Shown here: positions 15,680 through 24,748 of the stretch, one piece after another
Layout of the letters: each line of letters starts with the position of its first letter
How positions within the stretch are numbered: the first letter of the stretch is position 1
Source: Patescibacteria group bacterium
GTDB taxonomy: Bacteria > Patescibacteriota > Minisyncoccia > Phycocordibacterales > CAIZLB01
Length of the DNA: 50,660 nt
NCBI GenBank assembly: GCA_030917685.1
Contig: JAUPUG010000018.1
Coordinates: 1 to 50,660 of the forward strand
Direction of reading: 5' to 3'
The notes under the pieces: generated by a model
The model's database searches: none
What the model was told of the DNA's origin: nothing
Seen by the model: the letters and a program-made list of their open reading frames with translations, nothing else
Translations under genes and position numbers: made by a program

Positions 15680-17020
15680 ATGAAAACACTTCTTAGAGTA
15701 ATCGTCATAGGCGCTATTTTATTAATACTTGTCTTTTTGAGTATTGGTATCGTAAAAATCGTACCAAAGGCTCTATCTTCACTTGCTTCTGCAACTGTAT
15801 CAATCGGCTCTATCTTTGATGGAGGCGAAAATGCTACTTCTACTAATAATGGTGCGAATGGAAATTCAAATGGAACTGTAATCCCTAACGGAAACGGTTT
15901 TATCGTAGTTTCAAGTTCAACACAAAATGGGACAAACCCAAATGGAACAGGTTCAAATAGTGGAAATGCTACAACTTCCCTTTTGGATTTAATTACTCCA
16001 AAGTTTGGAACATACCCTTCAAACAACTATGTACCAACTCCAGCTGGTCAACCTACAAACAAGGAAATACTCGAAGCTGAGAAAAAAGCTCTTGCAGCAA
16101 AAAATGCAGGCACAAGTGGTTCAAACAATACAAACAATACTGGTGCATATACAAACACATCAAATGCATCACGAGCTTGTGTAGCTGGTGAACAGCCTGA
16201 CCTTGCAATCTCAATCTTGAGTCGTGGGATTATCAGTAAAACAACTGGTCAGTACATTGAAACAAATAGCTTTACAACAAGTGACACTGTTTCTATTAAA
16301 TTCAAAGTTGAAAACCGAGGACTATGTAATACAGGTTCATGGAACTTTAAAGCTGAAATGCCATCTAATAATGCAACTGATCAACTTCGAACAGTTTCAA
16401 ATGCAGGTGCAATTCCAGCTGGACGAGCAGTAACAGGTCAAGCTAACTTTGATTCACCTCGAGCTGGTTCTTCAAATGTTGTATTCACAGTTACAGACAA
16501 CAGTGGACGAGATGGTAATACATCTAACAACGTAGTCACATCTGCACTTGTAGTGACAAACACAGGTACAGGTACTGGCGGAAACGGTGAAGTTATTACA
16601 ACTGGTGATGGACGAGCTGACTTGTCAGTGCGAATCCTTCAGACTGGTATTCTCTCTTACAACAATCAATTTGTTCCAACAAGTACTGTAAATGGTACAA
16701 CAGGTGCATTCGGAGGAAACTTCCGAACTAATGACCGAGTAGCAGTACAGTTTGAAATTACAAACCAAGGACGGACAGCGTCTGGTATGTGGAACTTCCG
16801 AGCTGAACTTACTGGTAATGGATATCCTTCAAAAAATTATGAGAACCCACAGTATGAAAGTTCTATTCCAGCAGGAGGACGAGCTGTCTATACAATTGCA
16901 TTCGATAATATACAGATTGGATCAAACACAATCACTATCTTCCTCGATCACTTGAACCAAGTAAATGAATTCAACGAAGGAAACAATATTGGAAGTGTTG
17001 GGTTTAATGTGAACTACTAA
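15680..17020 (+). CDS. Membrane-anchored protein with Asn/Gly/Thr-rich linker and two CARDB-like domains
   Basis: N-terminal TM segment VIVIGAILLILVFLSIGIV. Two repeats begin PDLAISIL / ADLSVRIL. The second ends in the CARDB-typical LDHLNQVNEFNEGNN. A hairpin terminator follows at 17055..17089. Confidence 0.7.
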   Translation: MKTLLRVIVIGAILLILVFLSIGIVKIVPKALSSLASATVSIGSIFDGGENATSTNNGANGNSNGTVIPNGNGFIVVSSSTQNGTNPNGTGSNSGNATTSLLDLITPKFGTYPSNNYVPTPAGQPTNKEILEAEKKALAAKNAGTSGSNNTNNTGAYTNTSNASRACVAGEQPDLAISILSRGIISKTTGQYIETNSFTTSDTVSIKFKVENRGLCNTGSWNFKAEMPSNNATDQLRTVSNAGAIPAGRAVTGQANFDSPRAGSSNVVFTVTDNSGRDGNTSNNVVTSALVVTNTGTGTGGNGEVITTGDGRADLSVRILQTGILSYNNQFVPTSTVNGTTGAFGGNFRTNDRVAVQFEITNQGRTASGMWNFRAELTGNGYPSKNYENPQYESSIPAGGRAVYTIAFDNIQIGSNTITIFLDHLNQVNEFNEGNNIGSVGFNVNY

Positions 17021-17054
17021 TAATCAGGTACAAAACCTGTGCTGTTAATTAAGA

Positions 17055-17089
17055 AAAGAACCTCGAGAAAATCGTGGTTCTTTTCTTTT
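17055..17089 (+). terminator. Rho-independent terminator after CARDB protein gene
   Basis: AAAAGAACCTCGA gaaaa TCGTGGTTCTTTT, followed by a further T-run. Confidence 0.7.
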
Positions 17090-17167
17090 ATAAAAATCAT
17101 TGGCAAATTTAAGAATATTAACCATGGATTGGTAAATTACTATGTGTTTGCACGTTATCTGACGTTC

Positions 17168-17195
17168 TTGACTTTATCTATAAGTATGTTACTAT
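17168..17195 (+). promoter_or_regulatory. Promoter TTGACT-16-TACTAT
   Basis: TTGACT at 17168-17173, a 16-nt spacer, TACTAT at 17190-17195, upstream of the 17273/17333 ORF. Confidence 0.5.
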
Positions 17196-17332
17196 ATTAA
17201 ACGGAATATTCTTACACCTGGAATATCCATGCTCGGCACCAGACCTCTGGAAGCCAGTCTGGGTTTCCGAGGTTGGTCATTCAGGACCTGCTAAGCACAT
17301 TAACATCAGAAGGTGCGTTAAAAACACTCGTT

Positions 17333-18121
17333 ATGAAAGTAACATCCGAAAAGAAAATGGCTCTTGCACTCAGCTTGCTCGGCCGCAGATTCAGCTGCCA
17401 CAATGTGGTCAAAAAGAACAAAGGACATCACCTCAGTAATCCTGAGGCTGCGTATCTCATGTGTTGGCCTGTGTTGAATAATATCTTGTGGATGAAAATC
17501 CTCGGATCATTATGCATCATCACCATCCTAACCTACGCAATTCTTACTTACATGCAAATCGAAAATCGTGGGTTGAACATACTATGCTCCGGAACGATTT
17601 TGATTAGTTTAGTCGGTTGCGTTTGCAATGGACTAGCATGGATCGTCAATGGTGGACCGCTGCTCCGTAAAACTGGAACACTCAAGGTCGCGAAGACCTG
17701 GGTTCCGTTTCGGAAGCTCATACTGAGAAGTGGACTTACCTATCATGTCACAAAACTTCTCTTTCCAATCGAGAGCTCTCAATCAAATCAAGAGGAAAAT
17801 GATGCAAAGATGCTATGTGTACTTGAGAGCTGGGACAGATCTCAGTTCCAGATGGAGATTAACTTAATCTGTACACAAATCAATGACGCCTTCGAAGACT
17901 GTATGATTTCACTAGCTGAATCATCGGTCGTAGCTAGTCACGCCTTGAACCTCAAGGACCATGAGAAACACAAACGCATGCTTGGACGGGTTTTATATCT
18001 CTTCACACATCATTATTCTTGTGGACAAGTTCGTGAAAAAGACGTCCGTCACTACTTAAATGTAGCCGATAAGAACGTCAGCAAAAAGAAGGCAGATCGG
18101 CTCAATCCGCTTCACGCCTAA
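17333..18121 (+). CDS. Hypothetical membrane protein (about 262 aa)
   Basis: ORF with hydrophobic segments (ILGSLCIITILTYAILTY, ILCSGTILISLVGCVCNGLAWIV). Own promoter at 17168..17195 and a strong terminator at 18145..18176. Start is uncertain: TTG 17273 in the track, ATG at 17333 or 17357. Confidence 0.5.
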   Translation: MKVTSEKKMALALSLLGRRFSCHNVVKKNKGHHLSNPEAAYLMCWPVLNNILWMKILGSLCIITILTYAILTYMQIENRGLNILCSGTILISLVGCVCNGLAWIVNGGPLLRKTGTLKVAKTWVPFRKLILRSGLTYHVTKLLFPIESSQSNQEENDAKMLCVLESWDRSQFQMEINLICTQINDAFEDCMISLAESSVVASHALNLKDHEKHKRMLGRVLYLFTHHYSCGQVREKDVRHYLNVADKNVSKKKADRLNPLHA

Positions 18122-18144
18122 CAGTCCTTAACAGGGAAACACCA

Positions 18145-18176
18145 ACACGGTGGAGAGAAATCTCCACCGTGTTTTA
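18145..18176 (+). terminator. Rho-independent terminator
   Basis: ACACGGTGGAGA gaaa TCTCCACCGTGT followed by TTT. Confidence 0.8.
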
Positions 18177-18229
18177 GCGTATTTCAATGTTCAAACTCAT
18201 AAGAGAACATTTATCCGAGTGATTTAAAT

Positions 18230-20443
18230 TTAAATATCCAACCGTGCTGTCTTCGCATTTGTCTGGATGAATGTCTTTCGTGAAGGTACATCGTTACCCA
18301 TCAATACTTCGATGATCTTATCAGCTTCTTCGGCATCTTCGATAGCAACCTGCTTGAGCACACGCTTTGTGATGTCCATAGTAGTTTCACCGAGTTCTTC
18401 TGCATTCATTTCTCCAAGACCTTTGTATCGCTGTACTCGAGGTGGTTTACCTGCACCCTTTGCATCTTTAGCGTCTTTTCCTTTTTTACCTTTAGGGCCT
18501 TTTGCGTCTGCACCCTCCTCACCTTCTGAGTTCTCTTCGTCTTCATTTTCACCTTCAGCATTTACGCTAGCGTCCTCTGATTCATCTGAAATCTCTACCG
18601 CATCCACATCGAATCCAAGACTCTTGATGTAAGCGTTCTTTGTTTCGTCAGCATAGAAATAGCTAACCTCTTTTCCTTTTGTAACTTTATATAGTGGTGG
18701 TTGAGCGATATATACAAAGCCTCCATCGATAAGTGGTCGGAAGTATCGATACATAAGTGTAAGGATAAGTGTACGAATGTGTGCGCCGTCCACGTCGGCA
18801 TCTGTAGCGATAATGATTTTGTGGTATCGAAGTTTGCTGATATCAAATGTATCACCAATAGCTGTACCGAGTGCGACTACGAGGTTACGAATCTGCTCTG
18901 ATGCGAGCATTTTGTCGAGTCGAGCTCGTTCGATGTTTAGAATCTTTCCTCGTAATGGAAGAATAGCCTGAGTACGTCGGTCACGTCCCATCTTTGCTGT
19001 ACCTCCCGCTGAGTCTCCCTCCACAATGAAGAGTTCTGATTCTTCTGCTCGTTTACTCTGACAGTCGGCAAGCTTTCCAGGAAGTGTCATGCCTTCGAGT
19101 GCACCTTTTCGCAGTACTGAGTCTTTTGCGGCTTTAGCAGCTTTTCGTGCGCGTAGAGCCAAAAGACCCTTTCCAATGATAGCCTTTGCGTCATCTGGAT
19201 TCTCTTCCATGAAAGCACTAAATGCTTCTGAGAATACTGATGCCGTAGCACCCTGGGCTTCTGTTGAACCGAGCTTAGCTTTTGTCTGCCCTTCAAATTG
19301 AATTTCAGGAAGCTTTACAGAAACTACAGCGACGAGACCTTCGAGCACGTCATCTCCTGTAAGATTATCTTCTGAATCTTTGATGATACCGTTCTTCTTT
19401 GCATACTGGTTGATAGTACGAGTAAGTGCCATTTTGAAACCCTGAACGTGAGTACCGCCTTCACTGTTGTATGTGTTGTTAGCGAAAGCAACAATCTTTG
19501 TATTGATATCGTCTACATATTGGAGAGCCATTTCTACATATACACTTTTGTTTCGAGCCTGACTCTGTTGAGCCTCAGCATCTACTTCACCTTTTCCTAC
19601 AGTGTGCTCTTTATCGATATGGAAAATATTTTTGTGAACTGGCTTTTGTGTTCGGTTATAGAATGCAACAAGTGATCGAAGACCTCCTTCGAAATAGAAA
19701 GTCATTGATGGAACATCGAGACCAGCTTCTTTTATAAAATACACTTCATCATTTTTTGGATCGATGATTTTCTCCATCGCCTTCTCATCATAGGCACGAG
19801 CATCTACCACGTTGATCTCAACACCTCGCACGAGATACGCCTGTTGTCGAAGGTGATTTACAATCTTATTCCAATCGAAGTTGATTCCTTCTTTAAAGAT
19901 TTCAACGTCTGGTTTAAACATTACAATAGAACCATGCTTTTTTGATGAGCCAATTTTCTTTGTAGGAGCTTTTGGCTTACCGATACCGTACTCTTGCATG
20001 TGAAGACCACCATCCTGATGCACTGTAACTTTTGTATGAACTGAAAGAGCATTCACTACAGATGCACCCACACCGTGCAAGCCTCCTGAAACTTTGTAAG
20101 CTTCATTGTCGAACTTTCCTCCGGCGTGGAGTACGGTCATAATAGTCTCAAGAGCTGAAACTTTTGTCTTTGGGTGAATACCTACTGGAATACCATTTCC
20201 ATCGTCAGCAACTCGTACATAGCCATCTGGAAGCAATGCAACTTCGATATGAGAACATCGTCCTGCCATAGCCTCATCTCGGGCGTTATCAAAAATTTCC
20301 CAAATAAGGTGATGGAGACCTTCTGGACCTGTTGTACCAATATACATACCCGGTCGCTTTCGCACTGGTTCGAGACCTTCTAGGACTGTAATGGACGAAG
20401 CGTCGTATACATCTTTATTTTTCTTTTTTTCTTCTTTTGCCAT
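18230..20443 (-). CDS. gyrB: DNA gyrase subunit B
   Basis: Canonical GyrB motifs: YDASSITVLEGLEPVRKRPGMYIG, GLHGVGASVVNALS, EGDSAGG (Toprim), PLRGKILNIERA, RYKGLGEM. Carries an acidic/Lys-rich insertion (nt 18446..18592). Confidence 0.97.
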   Translation of the reverse strand: MAKEEKKKNKDVYDASSITVLEGLEPVRKRPGMYIGTTGPEGLHHLIWEIFDNARDEAMAGRCSHIEVALLPDGYVRVADDGNGIPVGIHPKTKVSALETIMTVLHAGGKFDNEAYKVSGGLHGVGASVVNALSVHTKVTVHQDGGLHMQEYGIGKPKAPTKKIGSSKKHGSIVMFKPDVEIFKEGINFDWNKIVNHLRQQAYLVRGVEINVVDARAYDEKAMEKIIDPKNDEVYFIKEAGLDVPSMTFYFEGGLRSLVAFYNRTQKPVHKNIFHIDKEHTVGKGEVDAEAQQSQARNKSVYVEMALQYVDDINTKIVAFANNTYNSEGGTHVQGFKMALTRTINQYAKKNGIIKDSEDNLTGDDVLEGLVAVVSVKLPEIQFEGQTKAKLGSTEAQGATASVFSEAFSAFMEENPDDAKAIIGKGLLALRARKAAKAAKDSVLRKGALEGMTLPGKLADCQSKRAEESELFIVEGDSAGGTAKMGRDRRTQAILPLRGKILNIERARLDKMLASEQIRNLVVALGTAIGDTFDISKLRYHKIIIATDADVDGAHIRTLILTLMYRYFRPLIDGGFVYIAQPPLYKVTKGKEVSYFYADETKNAYIKSLGFDVDAVEISDESEDASVNAEGENEDEENSEGEEGADAKGPKGKKGKDAKDAKGAGKPPRVQRYKGLGEMNAEELGETTMDITKRVLKQVAIEDAEEADKIIEVLMGNDVPSRKTFIQTNAKTARLDI

Positions 20444-20598
20444 GTGGTTTTTATTACCTGATTAGTATAGCAAATTTTGTGATTTTGAGACGTATTGACA
20501 CAGTATACGGGTGTTGTATTCTTTTGGTGTCCTTTGACAGATCAACACATAAAATTAAACTCAGCTCAGAAACAACAGACCATCAGAAAACACAGCCT

Positions 20599-21156
20599 AT
20601 GAATCCAGAAACTAACCCAGCAAGGCCAGAATCTGCCCTGGAAACGCTCATGGAACAAGCCCTAGCAATCATCGTCGTCCCCACGTGGGCAAACGATGAC
20701 ATGCACAATAAGAAGGTCGAACGCACCAGGATGCTTCTATGCCTCCTTGTCCAGACTCTTGAAATGTATTTCAAAGATACCGGCGTATCACCTGTAGCAA
20801 ACTATTGCACTATCGCTCATGAATCAAATGAGCGTGCAAGAGCTACTACAGCGTTAATCAATGAGACAGTGAGTATCATTGCTAGAGCAGATACCAATGC
20901 CCCAATCGATATGGAATCATTACAAAGAGGTAGCCAAGAATCAATCGCCTCTGTCTTTTTGGAGCTTCTTGGAAAACATTATAGATTCCTCTTTTTAGTT
21001 GCTGACAGTGGCACCCCGCCAATACTATCACTACGAAAACTCTTCCCAGATCTTTCTAGCCGTACACGCTATTTAGGCATTGCAGGAGAATGCTTTGTTT
21101 ATTATCCGAGTGCAGCATATTGCGATGCAATCGCGTTACCTGGAATGAAGGCCTGA
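20599..21156 (+). CDS. Hypothetical cytoplasmic protein (185 aa)
   Basis: ORF in a locally higher-GC stretch (about 55% in line 20641-20700). The ATG at 20599 is preferred because the track start at 20437 overlaps the gyrB start codon and promoter region. Terminator at 21186..21218. Confidence 0.5.
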   Translation: MNPETNPARPESALETLMEQALAIIVVPTWANDDMHNKKVERTRMLLCLLVQTLEMYFKDTGVSPVANYCTIAHESNERARATTALINETVSIIARADTNAPIDMESLQRGSQESIASVFLELLGKHYRFLFLVADSGTPPILSLRKLFPDLSSRTRYLGIAGECFVYYPSAAYCDAIALPGMKA

Positions 21157-21185
21157 CGAAGCAATTAAATTCTCAATTCTACGTC

Positions 21186-21218
21186 GCCGTACCCCTCAAA
21201 AGGTACGGCTTCTTTTTT
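21186..21218 (+). terminator. Rho-independent terminator
   Basis: GCCGTACC cctcaaaa GGTACGGC followed by TTCTTTTTT. Confidence 0.75.
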
Positions 21219-21244
21219 CATTAACATTAAATTTAGTACCAAAA

Positions 21245-22579
21245 CTACATTAACCTTTCAACTATCTCCCACGTCTTTGCCCCATGACTTCCCTTGCACA
21301 AAATCACATCGTCAGACTGAGAGTTTTTCTTTACATACTCTATACATTCAACATTATCCTTTACGTATGTTAATCGGGTTTGAATATCAATATTCTCAAA
21401 AGTGTCAACGATACCAACAAGCATTAACTCAGAAACACCGTATTCATTACACACATTTACAATTCGCTTATAACCAGTATGCAGATAGTCACCTAACTCT
21501 TTGAGTACTCCAAGACATACAATTTTTCGTTCTTTTGGAAAAAGTTCTTTCATCGCTTTTATGGCCGCGATAACAGAGTCAGGGTTACCATTGTAGGTAT
21601 CGTCGATGATTGTCACTGGAATACTTTCTACTGATTCAGGATTTTTGATTTCAGTTTTAATGATACTAAATCTCCCCTTATCATTTTTTGTTTCAGCAAG
21701 TCCTTTTAGAATTTGTTCCGCTGTAAGTCCGAACTCGTGTGCTATAGTCGTCACAAGTAGTGCATCAGCAACAATATGTGGAGCCTGAATGCCGATTTGA
21801 TTTAATTTTGATTGGAAATTTAAAAACTCAACGTCGAGGCACTCTATATGCTTAATATCTACTGCAGATTTTCGTGCTTGAGTCCGCGATAGTAGATATT
21901 CAGCATATTGATCATTCTTTGGTACTACATACAAACCATTTTTTGGCAGAGCCAAAGCAATAGCTCCCTCTTCATCAGCAATAGCCTCTAGTGTTCCAAA
22001 AAACTCAATATGAGCAGCTCCAATGCTTGTAGTAATACCGTAAGTTGGCTTTGCAATATCACAAAGCATTTTAATTTCTCCTGGGTGATTTGATCCAAGC
22101 TCCAATACAGCAATTTCGTGAGCTTGCGTTATGGCGAGAATCGACAGAGGAAGTCCTATGAAATTGTTCAAATTACCTTTGGTATAAGCGACTTTTTCGA
22201 TACCGAACTCATCGGCGCCATATTTTTGAGCCAACACACTTGCCATGAAATTTTTTGTAGTTGTCTTTCCATTGCATCCAGTGATAGCGATGACGGGAAT
22301 AGTTAAAGTATCTCGATATTCTGTTGCGAGTTGTTGCAATGCTTTCACAGTATCTTCGACTTTTAACAATCTCGATTCTTCTCCTAAATTTAAGTTTACA
22401 AAGCCGGCATCGACAACACAAAGAGAAGCACCTTTTTCGAGCGCTTGCCCAACAAAGTCATGACCATCAAACTGTTCGCCTTTTATGGCAAAAAATACAT
22501 CACCCGGTTTAATGGTACGAGTATCTGTCGAAATACGAGTTTCGCCAGTCTTAAGTTTTGAGATTATTTGATCGAACAT
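21245..22579 (-). CDS. murF: UDP-N-acetylmuramoyl-tripeptide--D-alanyl-D-alanine ligase
   Basis: MurF-like N-terminus (ISTDTRTIKPGDVFFAIKGEQFDGHDFVGQALEKGA). Mur ligase P-loop VIAITGCNGKTTTKN. Length of 444 aa. Confidence 0.85.
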   Translation of the reverse strand: MFDQIISKLKTGETRISTDTRTIKPGDVFFAIKGEQFDGHDFVGQALEKGASLCVVDAGFVNLNLGEESRLLKVEDTVKALQQLATEYRDTLTIPVIAITGCNGKTTTKNFMASVLAQKYGADEFGIEKVAYTKGNLNNFIGLPLSILAITQAHEIAVLELGSNHPGEIKMLCDIAKPTYGITTSIGAAHIEFFGTLEAIADEEGAIALALPKNGLYVVPKNDQYAEYLLSRTQARKSAVDIKHIECLDVEFLNFQSKLNQIGIQAPHIVADALLVTTIAHEFGLTAEQILKGLAETKNDKGRFSIIKTEIKNPESVESIPVTIIDDTYNGNPDSVIAAIKAMKELFPKERKIVCLGVLKELGDYLHTGYKRIVNVCNEYGVSELMLVGIVDTFENIDIQTRLTYVKDNVECIEYVKKNSQSDDVILCKGSHGAKTWEIVERLM

Positions 22580-22620
22580 ACAAGTCCATTCTACATCAGA
22601 TATTCAACCCAGCGAAGATT

Positions 22621-23490
22621 TTACTTATTTAGAGTTGCTTCAATACACATAAACATTGGAATCTCTTTTCGAGCATCATCTTCAGCTTTTGCTCTAGGCC
22701 CTCCCTGACTCTTTTTGTGTGAAGACCACTCTTCGAGACGTGTAATCGAAAAGCCATGTTTTGATAATAATTTCATGAAAACTTGAAGTGGTCTGTGGTA
22801 CGAAATAGTATATTTCTTTTCCCGTGCACGTTCTTTTGGAATACCTGGATTCATGTCTATTTTAATAGTTCCTTCACTCAAGTACTGATACACAACTCTT
22901 CCTTGTCGGTCTCGATTTGTACTGCTTGGTCGATCGTCATAAAACCAATCTGATGATTGTGGAATACGGAAAGATGGGTGATTAATAACCAAAACTAAAC
23001 GCCCGAAAGTAACCGCTGGACTATCTTTAATATCTCTTTTATTTTTTATAGAAAGACCAACAATATCTTGTTTTTTTGGTCGTCGAAGTATTCGTGCAAT
23101 TTCTTCAAATGTCTTATCAAGCTCTTTGATATTTTGCGCAGCAAGAATACACATAGCAGTATCTACAGTTGATGACTGGATAGCACTTAGATCATCTGCT
23201 CCTGACACATGAAATTTGGCATTGTTGAGTTTTTTCTGTGCAAATCGATCTTCGGCTTTAGATACAAGCTCTCTTGAGATATCAACACCAACTACTCGTG
23301 CCTTCTGCAAAGCAACCGCTTCAGAAAAATACCCCTGACCACATGCAATATCAGCAATATAGTCACCAGCTCGTGGATTTACGATTCGTAGAATATTAGG
23401 CAAAATAACGTTCTTTTGGTAAGAATCTTCACTTCCGAGATAATCGTCGTACCAGTCAGCTACTTTTCCCCAAGATGTGTCGTGTTTCAT
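22621..23490 (-). CDS. Class I SAM-dependent methyltransferase
   Basis: Motif I DIACGQGYFSE and post-I VVGVDIS. The ATG at 23490 sits 10 nt from a TATATT box. The track start at 23520 adds 10 atypical residues. Confidence 0.7.
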   Translation of the reverse strand: MKHDTSWGKVADWYDDYLGSEDSYQKNVILPNILRIVNPRAGDYIADIACGQGYFSEAVALQKARVVGVDISRELVSKAEDRFAQKKLNNAKFHVSGADDLSAIQSSTVDTAMCILAAQNIKELDKTFEEIARILRRPKKQDIVGLSIKNKRDIKDSPAVTFGRLVLVINHPSFRIPQSSDWFYDDRPSSTNRDRQGRVVYQYLSEGTIKIDMNPGIPKERAREKKYTISYHRPLQVFMKLLSKHGFSITRLEEWSSHKKSQGGPRAKAEDDARKEIPMFMCIEATLNK

Positions 23491-23632
23491 AATTGAGTGC
23501 AATATAACACAATATTGCATATATTGCTAATATAACTATTGTGTTGTATTATTCGGATTAGTAAGAGCTTGTATCTCTACAAGATCTTTGAAAAAACAAC
23601 ACTCCGAACTCAACAAGACAATCCTCATCATT

Positions 23633-24043
23633 ATGAACCGCCTCATCAACCTATTGCTCGGTTTACCACCAGCGATTGACTATAGTCGCGAAAAAACCCT
23701 CAGCACAGAACCTCCCAAATCAATCGTCCATGAAAGGAACATTCCGGCCGCCTTTATCTATCTGATTTTGGCAGCAGGAATTGTTCTCTACATGACAATT
23801 CATGAGAAAGACCACCAGACTTTACAATCTGCATCAGTAGGCTGTACCGCGTGGTTTAATACCCTGGCAGAGTTTGTGTCAGAGGCAAAAATACTCGCGG
23901 CATGCATCCGGGTGGTCGGGTTCATTATAGGTTTTGGCCTGTTTTGGGCCTTACCCGCCTTCATTCTTATCGTCGCCTTGATACGGTCATTCCTTGAGGC
24001 GTTTCCACGTTTCAAAAATGATCCAATCATACCTCGAGGGTGA
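23633..24043 (+). CDS. Hypothetical small membrane protein (136 aa)
   Basis: Two hydrophobic segments (AAFIYLILAAGIVLYMTI; VVGFIIGFGLFWALPAFILIVALI). About 52% GC locally. Strong hairpin terminator at 24072..24107. The track start is a TTG at 23588. Confidence 0.5.
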   Translation: MNRLINLLLGLPPAIDYSREKTLSTEPPKSIVHERNIPAAFIYLILAAGIVLYMTIHEKDHQTLQSASVGCTAWFNTLAEFVSEAKILAACIRVVGFIIGFGLFWALPAFILIVALIRSFLEAFPRFKNDPIIPRG

Positions 24044-24071
24044 CTCGTTCTTCATCACGGTGCAAAATCAC

Positions 24072-24107
24072 AAAGCGCTCGAAACTGCAAAGTTTCGAGC
24101 GCTTTTC
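24072..24107 (+). terminator. Rho-independent terminator between convergent genes
   Basis: AAAGCGCTCGAAACT gcaa AGTTTCGAGCGCTTT, a 15-bp stem followed by T residues. Confidence 0.75.
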
Positions 24108-24150
24108 TATTAACTTTTTTACTAAACTCTTTAAAAAGTTTTGCGAAAAA

Positions 24151-24606
24151 TTACTTCTGTACAGCCTTCACCGCGTCTTGTGCAACTTTAACAGTAGCCT
24201 TCTTTGCTTTTGAAACTGTTTTCTTTGCAACTTTCTTTCCAGCATTAAGCTCTCGCTTAATATTTTTCCAATGTGATTTAAGCTCTTTTGCAACAGCTGA
24301 TAGTTCAGTAGTATCGATAGATTTTACTCTTTCGTACTTTTTCATTACAGCGTCGATTGCCTGCTGATATAGATTTTCATCTACTTCTTTAATCTTTTCG
24401 ATTCGCTCTAGCACTTCTCCTTTCGCTTTGAGCGCCCAACCTTTTACCTGCTTAATCTTTTTCTGTGCAGCTTTATTTCCATGTATAAAATATGCACCTG
24501 CAGCAGCTGCTACAAGGCCTCCAATAATAGCGATACTTGTGTGCGATCCAGACTGTGTTGCTTTTGATGAACCTTTCGTTACTGACTTAGCGCTTTTGTT
24601 TGCCAT
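24151..24606 (-). CDS. Lys-rich membrane-anchored helical protein (YtxH-like, tentative)
   Basis: One TM segment (SIAIIGGLVAAAAGAYFI) followed by Lys/Ala/Glu-rich helical sequence. Last gene of a same-strand run. Confidence 0.55.
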   Translation of the reverse strand: MANKSAKSVTKGSSKATQSGSHTSIAIIGGLVAAAAGAYFIHGNKAAQKKIKQVKGWALKAKGEVLERIEKIKEVDENLYQQAIDAVMKKYERVKSIDTTELSAVAKELKSHWKNIKRELNAGKKVAKKTVSKAKKATVKVAQDAVKAVQK

Positions 24607-24748
24607 AATAGTAAAAATAAAAATATATTAAAATAATCCTAAATAATGCATATGACCATGCGCTATAAAGTATAGCACAGTTGTGAGTGTGGTTGTGCCA
24701 ATAGGTCGACCCATTATCAATACGTACTATCCAAAGCTTACCGATGTA

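Noticed and set aside
5990-24107. Idea that the single-gene higher-GC cassettes are integron-type gene cassettes.
   Set aside because: No integrase is present. Cassette orientations are mixed. Each has its own promoter and terminator, and I could not find attC-like R''/L''...L'/R' inverted repeats at the boundaries.
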